Shown here one piece after another: positions 8,142-14,935 of a stretch of 24,000 nt of DNA (within the stretch, counting starts at the first letter, position 1; every line of letters begins with the position of its first letter). The notes below the pieces were generated by a model, which made no database searches, had not been told where the DNA came from, and worked only from the letters and a program-made list of their open reading frames with translations. The translations under genes and the position numbers were made by a program. The stretch covers positions 90,909 to 114,908 of the forward strand of contig NZ_JAZAQF010000042.1 of assembly GCF_043235035.1 (NCBI RefSeq), in the 5' to 3' direction. The stretch comes from Limnothrix redekei LRLZ20PSL1. GTDB lineage: Bacteria > Cyanobacteriota > Cyanobacteriia > CACIAM-69d.

Positions 8142-10211
8142 ATGACTTCAGATAATAGCTCAAAAGGTGCTAACGCTCATATTGAAGAATATTTGGATTA
8201 TTATTGCAACCTTTCTAATCCTAAGTTTGCCGTGTTATTGAAGGGTTCATGGGGTTCAGGAAAAACATGGCTAATCAAAAAATTTATGAAGGATTTTCAA
8301 GCCAGAAAAGATTCTGGCCTCTCGAAGAGTCCTTGGAAAGCAGTAAAAATGTGGTTAGCCGGAAACGTTCTGCGGCATTTTAAGCTTAAAAAAACTTCTA
8401 ATTTATCATCAAGAAATACTTATTTTTTATATGTCAGTCTATATGGAATGCAGACATTAGAGGAAATTGAGCGCGAGTTTTTAAGGCAGTTGCATCCTGT
8501 ACTGGGATCGCATGAAGTAGAGTTCTTAGCTAAATCTATTAGCACAGTTATACCATTGCATCTGAATTCATTTTTAGATAACCTCAGGGTAAAGTCAGGG
8601 TTGACACTGAAAAATCTTCCTGGATATCTCAAAAATGTGGGTCAAAGAATCTTAGTCTTTGATGATCTAGAGCGTTGTCATGTGAACATAAATTATGTTC
8701 TGGGTTACGTCAATAGTTTCGTTGAGCATAAGTCTGCCAGGGTTATCATAATAGCAAATGAAGAAGAATTGCATCAAAGCTATGGCGATGAAAGTCAGAA
8801 TCAAGAACGCAAGCATCAATATAAATGTATAAAAGAAAAAATCATTGGACAAACTCTTGAAGTCAAATTTAGTTTTCAAGAAACCATTGAATCCTTAATG
8901 AGAGATTTATGTAAATATGAACTAATAAAAAATGAAGAAATAGAATTTTTCATCAAAAGCCAAAGTGAAACTATCGAAATAATATATCAACATGCAGAGT
9001 ACAAAAATATTCGTACTTTGAGAAAAATCATATTGGACTTTAATCGTATTTGGGTATCTTTGCCAGCCAATGTCATTCAAAAAGAAGAAGCCATTCAAGA
9101 AATTTTTAAATTATTAATAATATTTTCAATTGAAATTTCTCTGGGAAATATAGATTTTATAGACCTTGCTAAAATTTGCGATCAATATGAAAAATTTCAC
9201 ATGCAGAAAAGAATGTCATCAGGTTCACATGAACCAAAGACAAAAATTCATAAACTAATTAAAAAATATAATTTTCTTCATCAAACTCTCTCTTATGGAA
9301 ATAATCTATTTCCAATTGATAGTTGGTGGGTAGAATTCCTTGGCAAGAGCACTCTTAATCAAGAATATCTTAATGACTCGATAAAAAGGAGTCGGTACTT
9401 TAGAGATGAGACAACTCCTGCTTGGTTAAAACTTTACTCCTATCAGGAACTTCAAGATTATGAATTTTCTCAAATTCTACAAGAAGTAGAAGATCAGTTT
9501 TTGGAACAAAAAATTCATGATCTCGGCGAAGCTATCTATATCTTTGGAGTAATTCTAGAGCTGTCTAATCATAATTTAACAGATATATCATTACAAGATC
9601 TTCAAAATTCCATGATCAGTTTTATAGATAAATCTAGAGAGAATGGATGCTTCTTAGATTTTGCAAGATGTTTTACGAGTGGAGATTTTGAACGACTCGG
9701 CTTGAGTATTCGAGGAAAGAGCCATGATGGGTTTAGAGAAATTGATGAATACATCACTCAGTGCAAAAAAAAAGATGAAGAGATTTTCTTCAAAAAGAGT
9801 GCTGAAGAACTTTTAGAAATGATGATTTCGCAAAACAACGAATTTCACTCGCAGCTCATTGCATTTATTAAAACAATAGAAAATCCTTCATCAACAGCTT
9901 ATCGCAGTGTTCCTATTTTAAAATATATAGATACACAAGAATTTACAATTGCTTTTGTATCCCTACCTCCATTGGAACAATCAAAAGTTCTTAATACAAT
10001 TATTAAAAGACACGACAATGACCGACATTCAGAACTTTTGCGTGAAGAGTATGAATGGATAGAGAAAGTTATAACATCTCTCAAGAACGAACAAGAGAAG
10101 AGACAAAAAGACAGGCTTTTGAGTGGCTTATTACTTTCTGAAGTGATCGAGAATTTTGAAAAAAATATTGAAATATTAATTTCTTTTCAGCAAGGAAAGC
10201 CGAGCCTATAG
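8142..10211 (+). CDS. KAP-family P-loop NTPase, soluble, with an uncharacterised ~350-aa helical C-terminal region
   Basis: 689 aa, ATG at 8142. Walker A is GSWGSGKT (aa 35-42, nt 8244-8267). Walker B is ILVFDDLERC (aa 170-179, DD at nt 8661-8666). VIIIANEEEL and KEKIIGQTLEV follow, in KAP-typical order and wording. The insert between Walker A and B has no hydrophobic 20-mer. Confidence 0.85.
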   Translation: MTSDNSSKGANAHIEEYLDYYCNLSNPKFAVLLKGSWGSGKTWLIKKFMKDFQARKDSGLSKSPWKAVKMWLAGNVLRHFKLKKTSNLSSRNTYFLYVSLYGMQTLEEIEREFLRQLHPVLGSHEVEFLAKSISTVIPLHLNSFLDNLRVKSGLTLKNLPGYLKNVGQRILVFDDLERCHVNINYVLGYVNSFVEHKSARVIIIANEEELHQSYGDESQNQERKHQYKCIKEKIIGQTLEVKFSFQETIESLMRDLCKYELIKNEEIEFFIKSQSETIEIIYQHAEYKNIRTLRKIILDFNRIWVSLPANVIQKEEAIQEIFKLLIIFSIEISLGNIDFIDLAKICDQYEKFHMQKRMSSGSHEPKTKIHKLIKKYNFLHQTLSYGNNLFPIDSWWVEFLGKSTLNQEYLNDSIKRSRYFRDETTPAWLKLYSYQELQDYEFSQILQEVEDQFLEQKIHDLGEAIYIFGVILELSNHNLTDISLQDLQNSMISFIDKSRENGCFLDFARCFTSGDFERLGLSIRGKSHDGFREIDEYITQCKKKDEEIFFKKSAEELLEMMISQNNEFHSQLIAFIKTIENPSSTAYRSVPILKYIDTQEFTIAFVSLPPLEQSKVLNTIIKRHDNDRHSELLREEYEWIEKVITSLKNEQEKRQKDRLLSGLLLSEVIENFEKNIEILISFQQGKPSL

Positions 10212-10688
10212 GCAATGAATTTCTTGGAAGGTAGCAGCTTGCCCGTAGGGTTGACCCGCTTCATCGACTAGGTTCCAAATCAGCCCATCGAGGATCCGAA
10301 ATCGACGACCCGTTTTGGAAATTCGCACCCCTTGATAGTTGCTGATATAGCCCCGATCGGCTGCTTCTGCTAACATTTTGGCTCGCTCTTCGCGGGCGAT
10401 CGGCTCGGCACTCAACCGAGATGGTAATTGCACAAACTCATCCCAACTGAATTCCCACAACTCGATCGCCCGTTGGTTGGCATAGTTAAAAATCGGGTCG
10501 GCTTCCGTGCCGTGGGACACCACCACAAAAGGCGCGTGAAAAATCTGACGTGATCGCTCGATCGGGTCGAGATCCGCCGGTAAATCCCCCAGCGATCGCC
10601 CCACCACCTGCTGGAAACTGACCCAGAGGCGATCGACATGGCGCACCACCGCCGGATCCTGCCAAATTTCGATCACCCGATCGCTCAC
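10206..10688 (-). CDS. MEKHLA-domain protein (PAS-like)
   Basis: APFVVVSHGTEADPIFNYANQRAIELWEFSWDEFVQLPSRLSAEP...GYISNYQGVRISKTGRRFRILDGLIWNLVDEAGQPYGQAATF matches the MEKHLA domain pattern. The start is probably GTG at 10688, overlapping the trhO stop (GTGA). The track's longer form (GTG 10766) overlaps trhO by 82 bp. Confidence 0.75.
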   Translation of the reverse strand: MSDRVIEIWQDPAVVRHVDRLWVSFQQVVGRSLGDLPADLDPIERSRQIFHAPFVVVSHGTEADPIFNYANQRAIELWEFSWDEFVQLPSRLSAEPIAREERAKMLAEAADRGYISNYQGVRISKTGRRFRILDGLIWNLVDEAGQPYGQAATFQEIHCL

Positions 10689-11488
10689 GAGGCATCTCCC
10701 AAACTGGATTGGCAGTGGGGGCAGGTGTCGAGATCGCGATCGACCGGCCGACCACAGGCACGGCACATCTGATACGTCCCCGGTTGCAAACCATGTTGCA
10801 GTGCCACCCGCTCATCAAACACAAAGCATTCGCCCTGCCAGGCACTTTCCGCCGGGTCAACGGTGGCTAAGTAATTGAGAATGCCGCCCTCTAGTTGATA
10901 AACCTGCTCGAATCCTTGGGCCAACAGGTAAGCGGAAGCCTTCTCGCAGCGGATGCCGCCCGTGCAGAACATGGCCACCTTGCGATCGCGCTGGGGATCC
11001 AGCAACCGTTCCACCGCGTCGGGAAATTCCGTGAAGGTCTGGGTTTCCGGGTCGATCGCCCTCTGAAACGAACCGATCGCCACTTCAAATTGGTTGCGCG
11101 TGTCGATCAGCTTCACCTCCGGATCGGCGATCAGCGCGTTCCATTCGGTCGGGGCCACGCGGGTTCCCGTCCGCTCCGTGGGGGCCACCGGTTGGTTGAA
11201 GGTGACAATTTCCCGCTTCAGTTTGATTTTTAGCCGCTGGAAGGGCATAGCCGGGGCGATCGACTCGCGCGCGCTCAAATCCGTGAGGGCCGGGTGCGAT
11301 CGCAGGGCCACCAACATCTGGTCGATCGCCTCGCGAGTACCCGCGATCGTGCCGTTAATTCCCTCTTGGGCCAGCAGCAACGTGCCACGAATTCCCAAGG
11401 CTCCGGCGCGATCGAGCCACTGCGATCGCCAATCGGCCCAATCATCCACCGCCACAAACTGATAGAGCGCGGCCACCACCACCGTCAT
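10685..11488 (-). CDS. trhO: Rhodanese-domain tRNA U34 hydroxylase (TrhO/YceA, UPF0176)
   Basis: 267 aa, ATG at 11488. AALYQFV..., LLAQEGINGTIAG and the rhodanese active-site loop MFCTGGIRCEKAS. C-terminal Cys cluster CRACGRPV...CPHC. Confidence 0.85.
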   Translation of the reverse strand: MTVVVAALYQFVAVDDWADWRSQWLDRAGALGIRGTLLLAQEGINGTIAGTREAIDQMLVALRSHPALTDLSARESIAPAMPFQRLKIKLKREIVTFNQPVAPTERTGTRVAPTEWNALIADPEVKLIDTRNQFEVAIGSFQRAIDPETQTFTEFPDAVERLLDPQRDRKVAMFCTGGIRCEKASAYLLAQGFEQVYQLEGGILNYLATVDPAESAWQGECFVFDERVALQHGLQPGTYQMCRACGRPVDRDLDTCPHCQSSLGDAS

Positions 11489-11516
11489 CTTCTCTCTCCG
11501 TTAGGAATCCAGGATC

Positions 11517-11963
11517 TTAGGAATCCAAAATCAAGGTCACTGGGCCATCGTTGTCGATTTGGACTTGCATCATTGCGCCAAACCGGCCGGTTTCCACGCG
11601 CAATCCACTGGCCCGCAGCAATTCCACAAAGCGATCGTACAGGGCCTCGGCCCGATCGGGCGCGGCGGAGCGATCAAAACTGGGTCGCCGCCCCTTGCGC
11701 CCATCGCCATAGAGCGTGAACTGACTGATCACCAGCAGTTCGCCGCCAATCTCAGTGACCGACAAATCAAACCGAGGATTCGCCGCCGCTGGATCGGGAA
11801 ACAGCCGTAAATCCAGACATTTACGCGCCATCCACTGCAACTCCGCCTCCGTATCGGTCGCGGCGATCGCCACCAACAGGTTCAACCCCCGGCCAATTTG
11901 CCCGACGGTTTCCCCCCCGATCGCCACACGAGAAGCCGTCACCCGCTGAATTACAACCCGCAT
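11517..11963 (-). CDS. dtd: D-aminoacyl-tRNA deacylase
   Basis: MRVVIQRV..., [17 protein letters not shown] and [20 protein letters not shown] are classic Dtd motifs. ATG at 11963 is preferred over the track's GTG at 11972. Confidence 0.9.
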   Translation of the reverse strand: MRVVIQRVTASRVAIGGETVGQIGRGLNLLVAIAATDTEAELQWMARKCLDLRLFPDPAAANPRFDLSVTEIGGELLVISQFTLYGDGRKGRRPSFDRSAAPDRAEALYDRFVELLRASGLRVETGRFGAMMQVQIDNDGPVTLILDS

Positions 11964-12004
11964 TGTGCCCACATCTCAAAACTGATAAGCCTGGCATCGA
12001 AAAC

Positions 12005-12035
12005 TTATGAAAATCAAAAATTTATGAAAATCAAA
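12005..12035. repeat. Direct repeat of 14 bp (TTATGAAAATCAAA x2, 17-bp register)
   Basis: 12005-12018 and 12022-12035 are identical. They lie between the endonuclease stop and the dtd start. Confidence 0.85.
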
Positions 12036-12135
12036 GTTCCAGAGCTGCAATGACTCGTCCCAACAGTGAAACCATAAACCCTCGAAACGTCAATTCAGGC
12101 TCTGGCTGATCATAGATTTTTGATTCTGTTCCCAT

Positions 12136-12717
12136 TTAAGGAGCAGTTAAAAAGCAAGCAGAATCATACAATCGAGAGCGGATTAGCTTGATGAGTAGTT
12201 GCTGATATCGAGTGACATAAGAAGCACCTTGAAATTCCTCAAAGACTGAAAAATGAGGCTCCTTGATTGAAACTTGTCGATGAGCAGCTTCAGCATCTTC
12301 AAGCAAAAGAAAATAGCCTAACCAGGGACGTGGTGAAGGATAGAATGCTCCTTTTTCGTAGGCATTCCATAGATCAGTTGCACTACCCAACGCTTCTTCA
12401 GTTCGGTTGTTAAAATTATTCCCAAAAGACCCAACCTGGGATTTAAATTCAATTGCAGCAACTAACCGATGATTGATAATCACTAATAAGTCCCAACTTT
12501 TTTCCGCACGAAACCACCCTGGCAGCTCTGTATCTTGTTTCCAGTAAATGCAACTCTCCTCAACGCCAGCCGTGATTAAGAGGCTAGCAACTAATTCACG
12601 AAAATCATCAAGATGCTTTCCTGAACGAACTGCTTGAGCAGACTCAGAGCGTATTTGCCAAAACCGTTGAACAGCAGCAGCCAGCCTAGTATCCAGATCT
12701 TGGAGTACATTTTGCAT
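12136..12717 (-). CDS. Type II restriction endonuclease, PD-(D/E)XK fold (XhoI/PaeR7I-like by recollection)
   Basis: 193 aa, ATG at 12717. WDLLVIINHRLVAAIEFKSQVGSFGNNFNNRTEEALGSATD contains a D...E-x-K catalytic arrangement. The FGNNFNNRTEEA block is what I associate with the XhoI/PaeR7I family, but I have not verified this by search. It sits directly downstream of a DNA methyltransferase gene. Confidence 0.7.
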   Translation of the reverse strand: MQNVLQDLDTRLAAAVQRFWQIRSESAQAVRSGKHLDDFRELVASLLITAGVEESCIYWKQDTELPGWFRAEKSWDLLVIINHRLVAAIEFKSQVGSFGNNFNNRTEEALGSATDLWNAYEKGAFYPSPRPWLGYFLLLEDAEAAHRQVSIKEPHFSVFEEFQGASYVTRYQQLLIKLIRSRLYDSACFLTAP

Positions 12718-12750
12718 TTCAGTTATTTTTAAACACTAAGATTTTAGTGA

Positions 12751-13760
12751 TTAGCGATCAGAATGCAGCATCACCGTAGTTTTGCTGAACAGGCTCGTTA
12801 GTTCCTGGGCTAAACGGTCATAGGATTGTTTTAGGTATGTGGGGTCAATTTCATAGCCAATGCTATTGCGTCCACACTGAGCAGCCGCGAGGGATGTTGT
12901 TCCTGTGCCAGAAAAAGGTCAAGCACCACATCACCCACAAACGAGAACATTTTAATTAATCTTGTGGCTAATTCTAGGGGATAAGGAGCAGGATGATGAC
13001 GTGTTGATGCACCTGGAATATCACTCCAGATTTGTTGAAACCAAGTGCGGTGATCTGTTTCTGGAATAATACTCAATAATTTAGTTGTTAAGTTCACTTT
13101 TCGATATCCCCCTGGCTTACGCTGCATCAAAATAAATTCAATATCGTTTTTGATAATTCCGTTGGGTTCATAGGGTTTACCCATAAAAATCGTGCCATTT
13201 CCCTTTGATTCTAGGGAAGCGTTGGCGATTTTGTGCCAAATAATGGAAGAAAGATTGTCGAAGCCAATTGTTCTGCAACTTTCTTGAATGGAAGCATGAA
13301 GAGGGAATACGGAATGGCGGCCGTTATTTTTCCGTCGAGATAAGCAAACATCACCCACAACGCAAATTAATCGACCACCGGGAGCGAGTAGTTGAAAGCA
13401 CTGCTCCCAAACTAAATTGAGTTCATGAATAAATTGATCATAATCGTCAATTTCTCCCATCTGTCCTTGAATTGAGTTGTAAGACTTTAGGTTCCAATAG
13501 GGCGGCGAAGTCAGAATGAGATGGACACTTTCGGGTGGAAGATTCAGGCTTGTTCGGGCATCAGCCAGATGAAGATGATGTTCACTAGGCCAATCAGCAA
13601 CCTGCTCTTGGATGAGCTGCATGAGCCGAGTGTCTTTCGCAATTCTGGGAATTGCAGTCTGAATATTACTCAAATCGCCAAGGGCTGATAGCAAGGTGCT
13701 AGTTAGTTTTGGCTGCTCTTCCAAGGCATTGAAAGGGCTGGTGACCGGAGCGGAGATCAT
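12751..13760 (-). pseudogene. Beta-class N4-cytosine/N6-adenine DNA methyltransferase, disrupted by a 1-nt frameshift in motif I
   Basis: ATG at 13760 (MISAPVTSPF...). Motif IV is LILTSPPYWNLKSY, and HPAPYPLELATRLIKMFSFVGDVVLD follows. At 12911-12920 the frame breaks. The current frame reads LFLAQEQHPS... and stops at 12831. The frame entered by restoring 1 nt reads FSGTGTTSLAAAQCGRNSIGYEIDPTYLKQSYDRLAQEL... and stops at 12751-12753. Confidence 0.8.
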
Positions 13761-13768
13761 GTTAGTAC

Positions 13769-14248
13769 CTAACTCAAATCCAGCAAGTCGAAAAAGGACT
13801 CGTCTAGGTCGTAGCCCAGCATTTGCGCCATGCCCTGAAGCCGCGATCGCGTGCCAATTCCTTGGGTTTTCAGCCAGTTGGCTAATACAAAAATCTTGCC
13901 CATCACGAATAGTTCCAAGGCTTCGGGATTGAACTGAATTCCGTCGGTGGGATGGAATTGGTGGGGAACCAGCATGGCCGCATAGCGACCGAGTTCGCCT
14001 GCTTTCCAGTCCAAAACAAAGGGTAACCAAGGATAAACCGCGTCTGCCCGCAGAAACCAAAGCCGCACTTCGGGAATTTCCGACAGCTCGCGGGGGTCGG
14101 TGGGGTCGCGGGGCAGGTCAATGGTGAGTTGCACTTGTTGTTCGGCGGCGGCAATGCCACTGGCCAAGAGCGGCTCGATCGCCCGTTGGATGGGGCTGAG
14201 GTCTAGGTTTTGGAGATGATCCGCTGCGATCGAAATGGTGATTGTCAT
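13769..14248 (-). CDS. CRR6-like protein (chlororespiratory reduction 6 / NDH-1 assembly factor family)
   Basis: DPRELSEIPEVRLWFLRADAVYPWLPFVLDWKAGELGRYAAMLVPHQF...GIQFNPEALELFVMGKIF...MAQMLGYDLD matches my recollection of the CRR6 (former DUF1817) family. ATG at 14248 (MTITISIAADHL) is preferred over the track's TTG at 14269. Confidence 0.6.
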   Translation of the reverse strand: MTITISIAADHLQNLDLSPIQRAIEPLLASGIAAAEQQVQLTIDLPRDPTDPRELSEIPEVRLWFLRADAVYPWLPFVLDWKAGELGRYAAMLVPHQFHPTDGIQFNPEALELFVMGKIFVLANWLKTQGIGTRSRLQGMAQMLGYDLDESFFDLLDLS

Positions 14249-14475
14249 GCCATCTTGCTCTCGGTGCAAATTCTGAGGGCTACATCACAGCAAGTGGTGC
14301 GGGTTTGAGGCCCGGCCATGGTGCAATTTGCCTTTCGTTAGTGTCGCGCGGGGGTGGGCCCTTTTGGCAAACCGGGGCTACAGGACTGCTAATCGTTGGC
14401 CCAATGGCAGCTAATGGCCCATGGGATTGGGGGCGAACTCGCGTCAGAGCAGGATCGAGAACCCATGAGCACCCC

Positions 14476-14582
14476 CTGAATTTGAGCGCTCCTTAAATTT
14501 GAGCCTTGAATTTGAGCCTTGAATTTGAGCCTTGAATTTGAGTATTTCTTTGAGCCTCTTTTGGAGCCTCTCTCTGAGCGCC
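14476..14582. repeat. 13-bp tandem array (TTGAATTTGAGCC, 5 units) with a degenerate tail
   Basis: ctgaatttgagcg (14476-88), ttaaatttgagcc (14493-505), ttgaatttgagcc (14506-18), ttgaatttgagcc (14519-31), ttgaatttgagta (14532-44). Degenerate units follow: ttgagcctc / ttggagcctc / tctgagcgcc. It is intergenic. Confidence 0.9.
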
Positions 14583-14935
14583 GCTTGGCGCGACAATTGG
14601 CAAGCGATTTGGGTTGGGGCGATCGCGCTCCCCACAAGCGGTCAAAGTTTTGATACGCTTTGTTTAGAAAATTGGTAAATCTTGGCCATTTTTGTGCTGT
14701 CTTAGTGGTCATCAACGATGCCTATGGGGATGGGGCCCAAAACCCAGTCACCATCAGCGATCGACAGCGTTTCACCGGCAAATTCCCTCGGCAAAACTCT
14801 TCGGTGAGTCTTCTGGAAATGAAAGCTTTCGATGAGTTGCCCCGGTGAGCTTTTCGCGGTGGAAATTCCCGATGTCCAAGGTTTATCGCCGCTTCATTGC
14901 TCCATTTGTTTGGCTCCAATTGGGAGACACCATCC

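Larger units (their letters stand above)
8063..10211. other. AT-rich islet lacking HIP1 (putative horizontally acquired DNA), carrying a single gene
   Basis: Sampled 60-nt blocks give roughly 30-42% G+C, against a clearly GC-rich backbone. There are no GCGATCGC copies here, while the flanks have them every few hundred bp. Lys/Asn/Ile-rich codon usage. No integrase or transposase. Confidence 0.75.
11973..13768. other. AT-rich islet lacking HIP1 that carries a type II R-M cassette (boundaries approximate on the left, sharp on the right)
   Basis: Clearly lower G+C than the flanks (about 40% by eye). No GCGATCGC copies. The right edge lies 8 bp after the stop of the GC-rich CRR6-like gene. No mobility gene. 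Confidence 0.7.

Noticed and set aside
8420-10084. Three 61-70-aa minus-strand ORFs inside the KAP gene as possible partner or antitoxin genes
   Set aside because: They lie fully antisense to a 689-aa ORF with clear motifs. Their sequences are low-complexity and AT-driven, with no start context. Partner-gene status is unsupported.
12831-14060. 409-aa track ORF taken at face value as the methyltransferase
   Set aside because: Its first 100 residues (RRGLSLVTLCFGLESRRTRS...) are an out-of-frame read through the GC-rich CRR6-like gene. The composition switches at about 13768, and a good ATG (13760) follows. Its C-terminus is truncated by the frameshift. I annotated the gene as a 12751-13760 pseudogene.
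14270-14475. Possible structured RNA or riboswitch in the GC-rich part of the gap between the CRR6-like and DUF2808-like genes
   Set aside because: I could not match tRNA, SRP, 6S, cobalamin, TPP or glutamine-riboswitch core sequences by eye, and I found no convincing extended helices. An Rfam scan would be needed before making any claim.
14476-14544. Possible CRISPR array
   Set aside because: The units are 13 bp and directly abutting, with no spacers. There are no cas genes in the window. It is a simple tandem repeat.
14389-14715. 108-aa minus-strand ORF (and the overlapping 14444-14635 ORF)
   Set aside because: The central part (SRLKFKAQIQGSNLRSAQIQG) is a translation of the 13-bp tandem array. 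That unit is not a multiple of three, so a copy-number change would break the frame. No recognisable domain.
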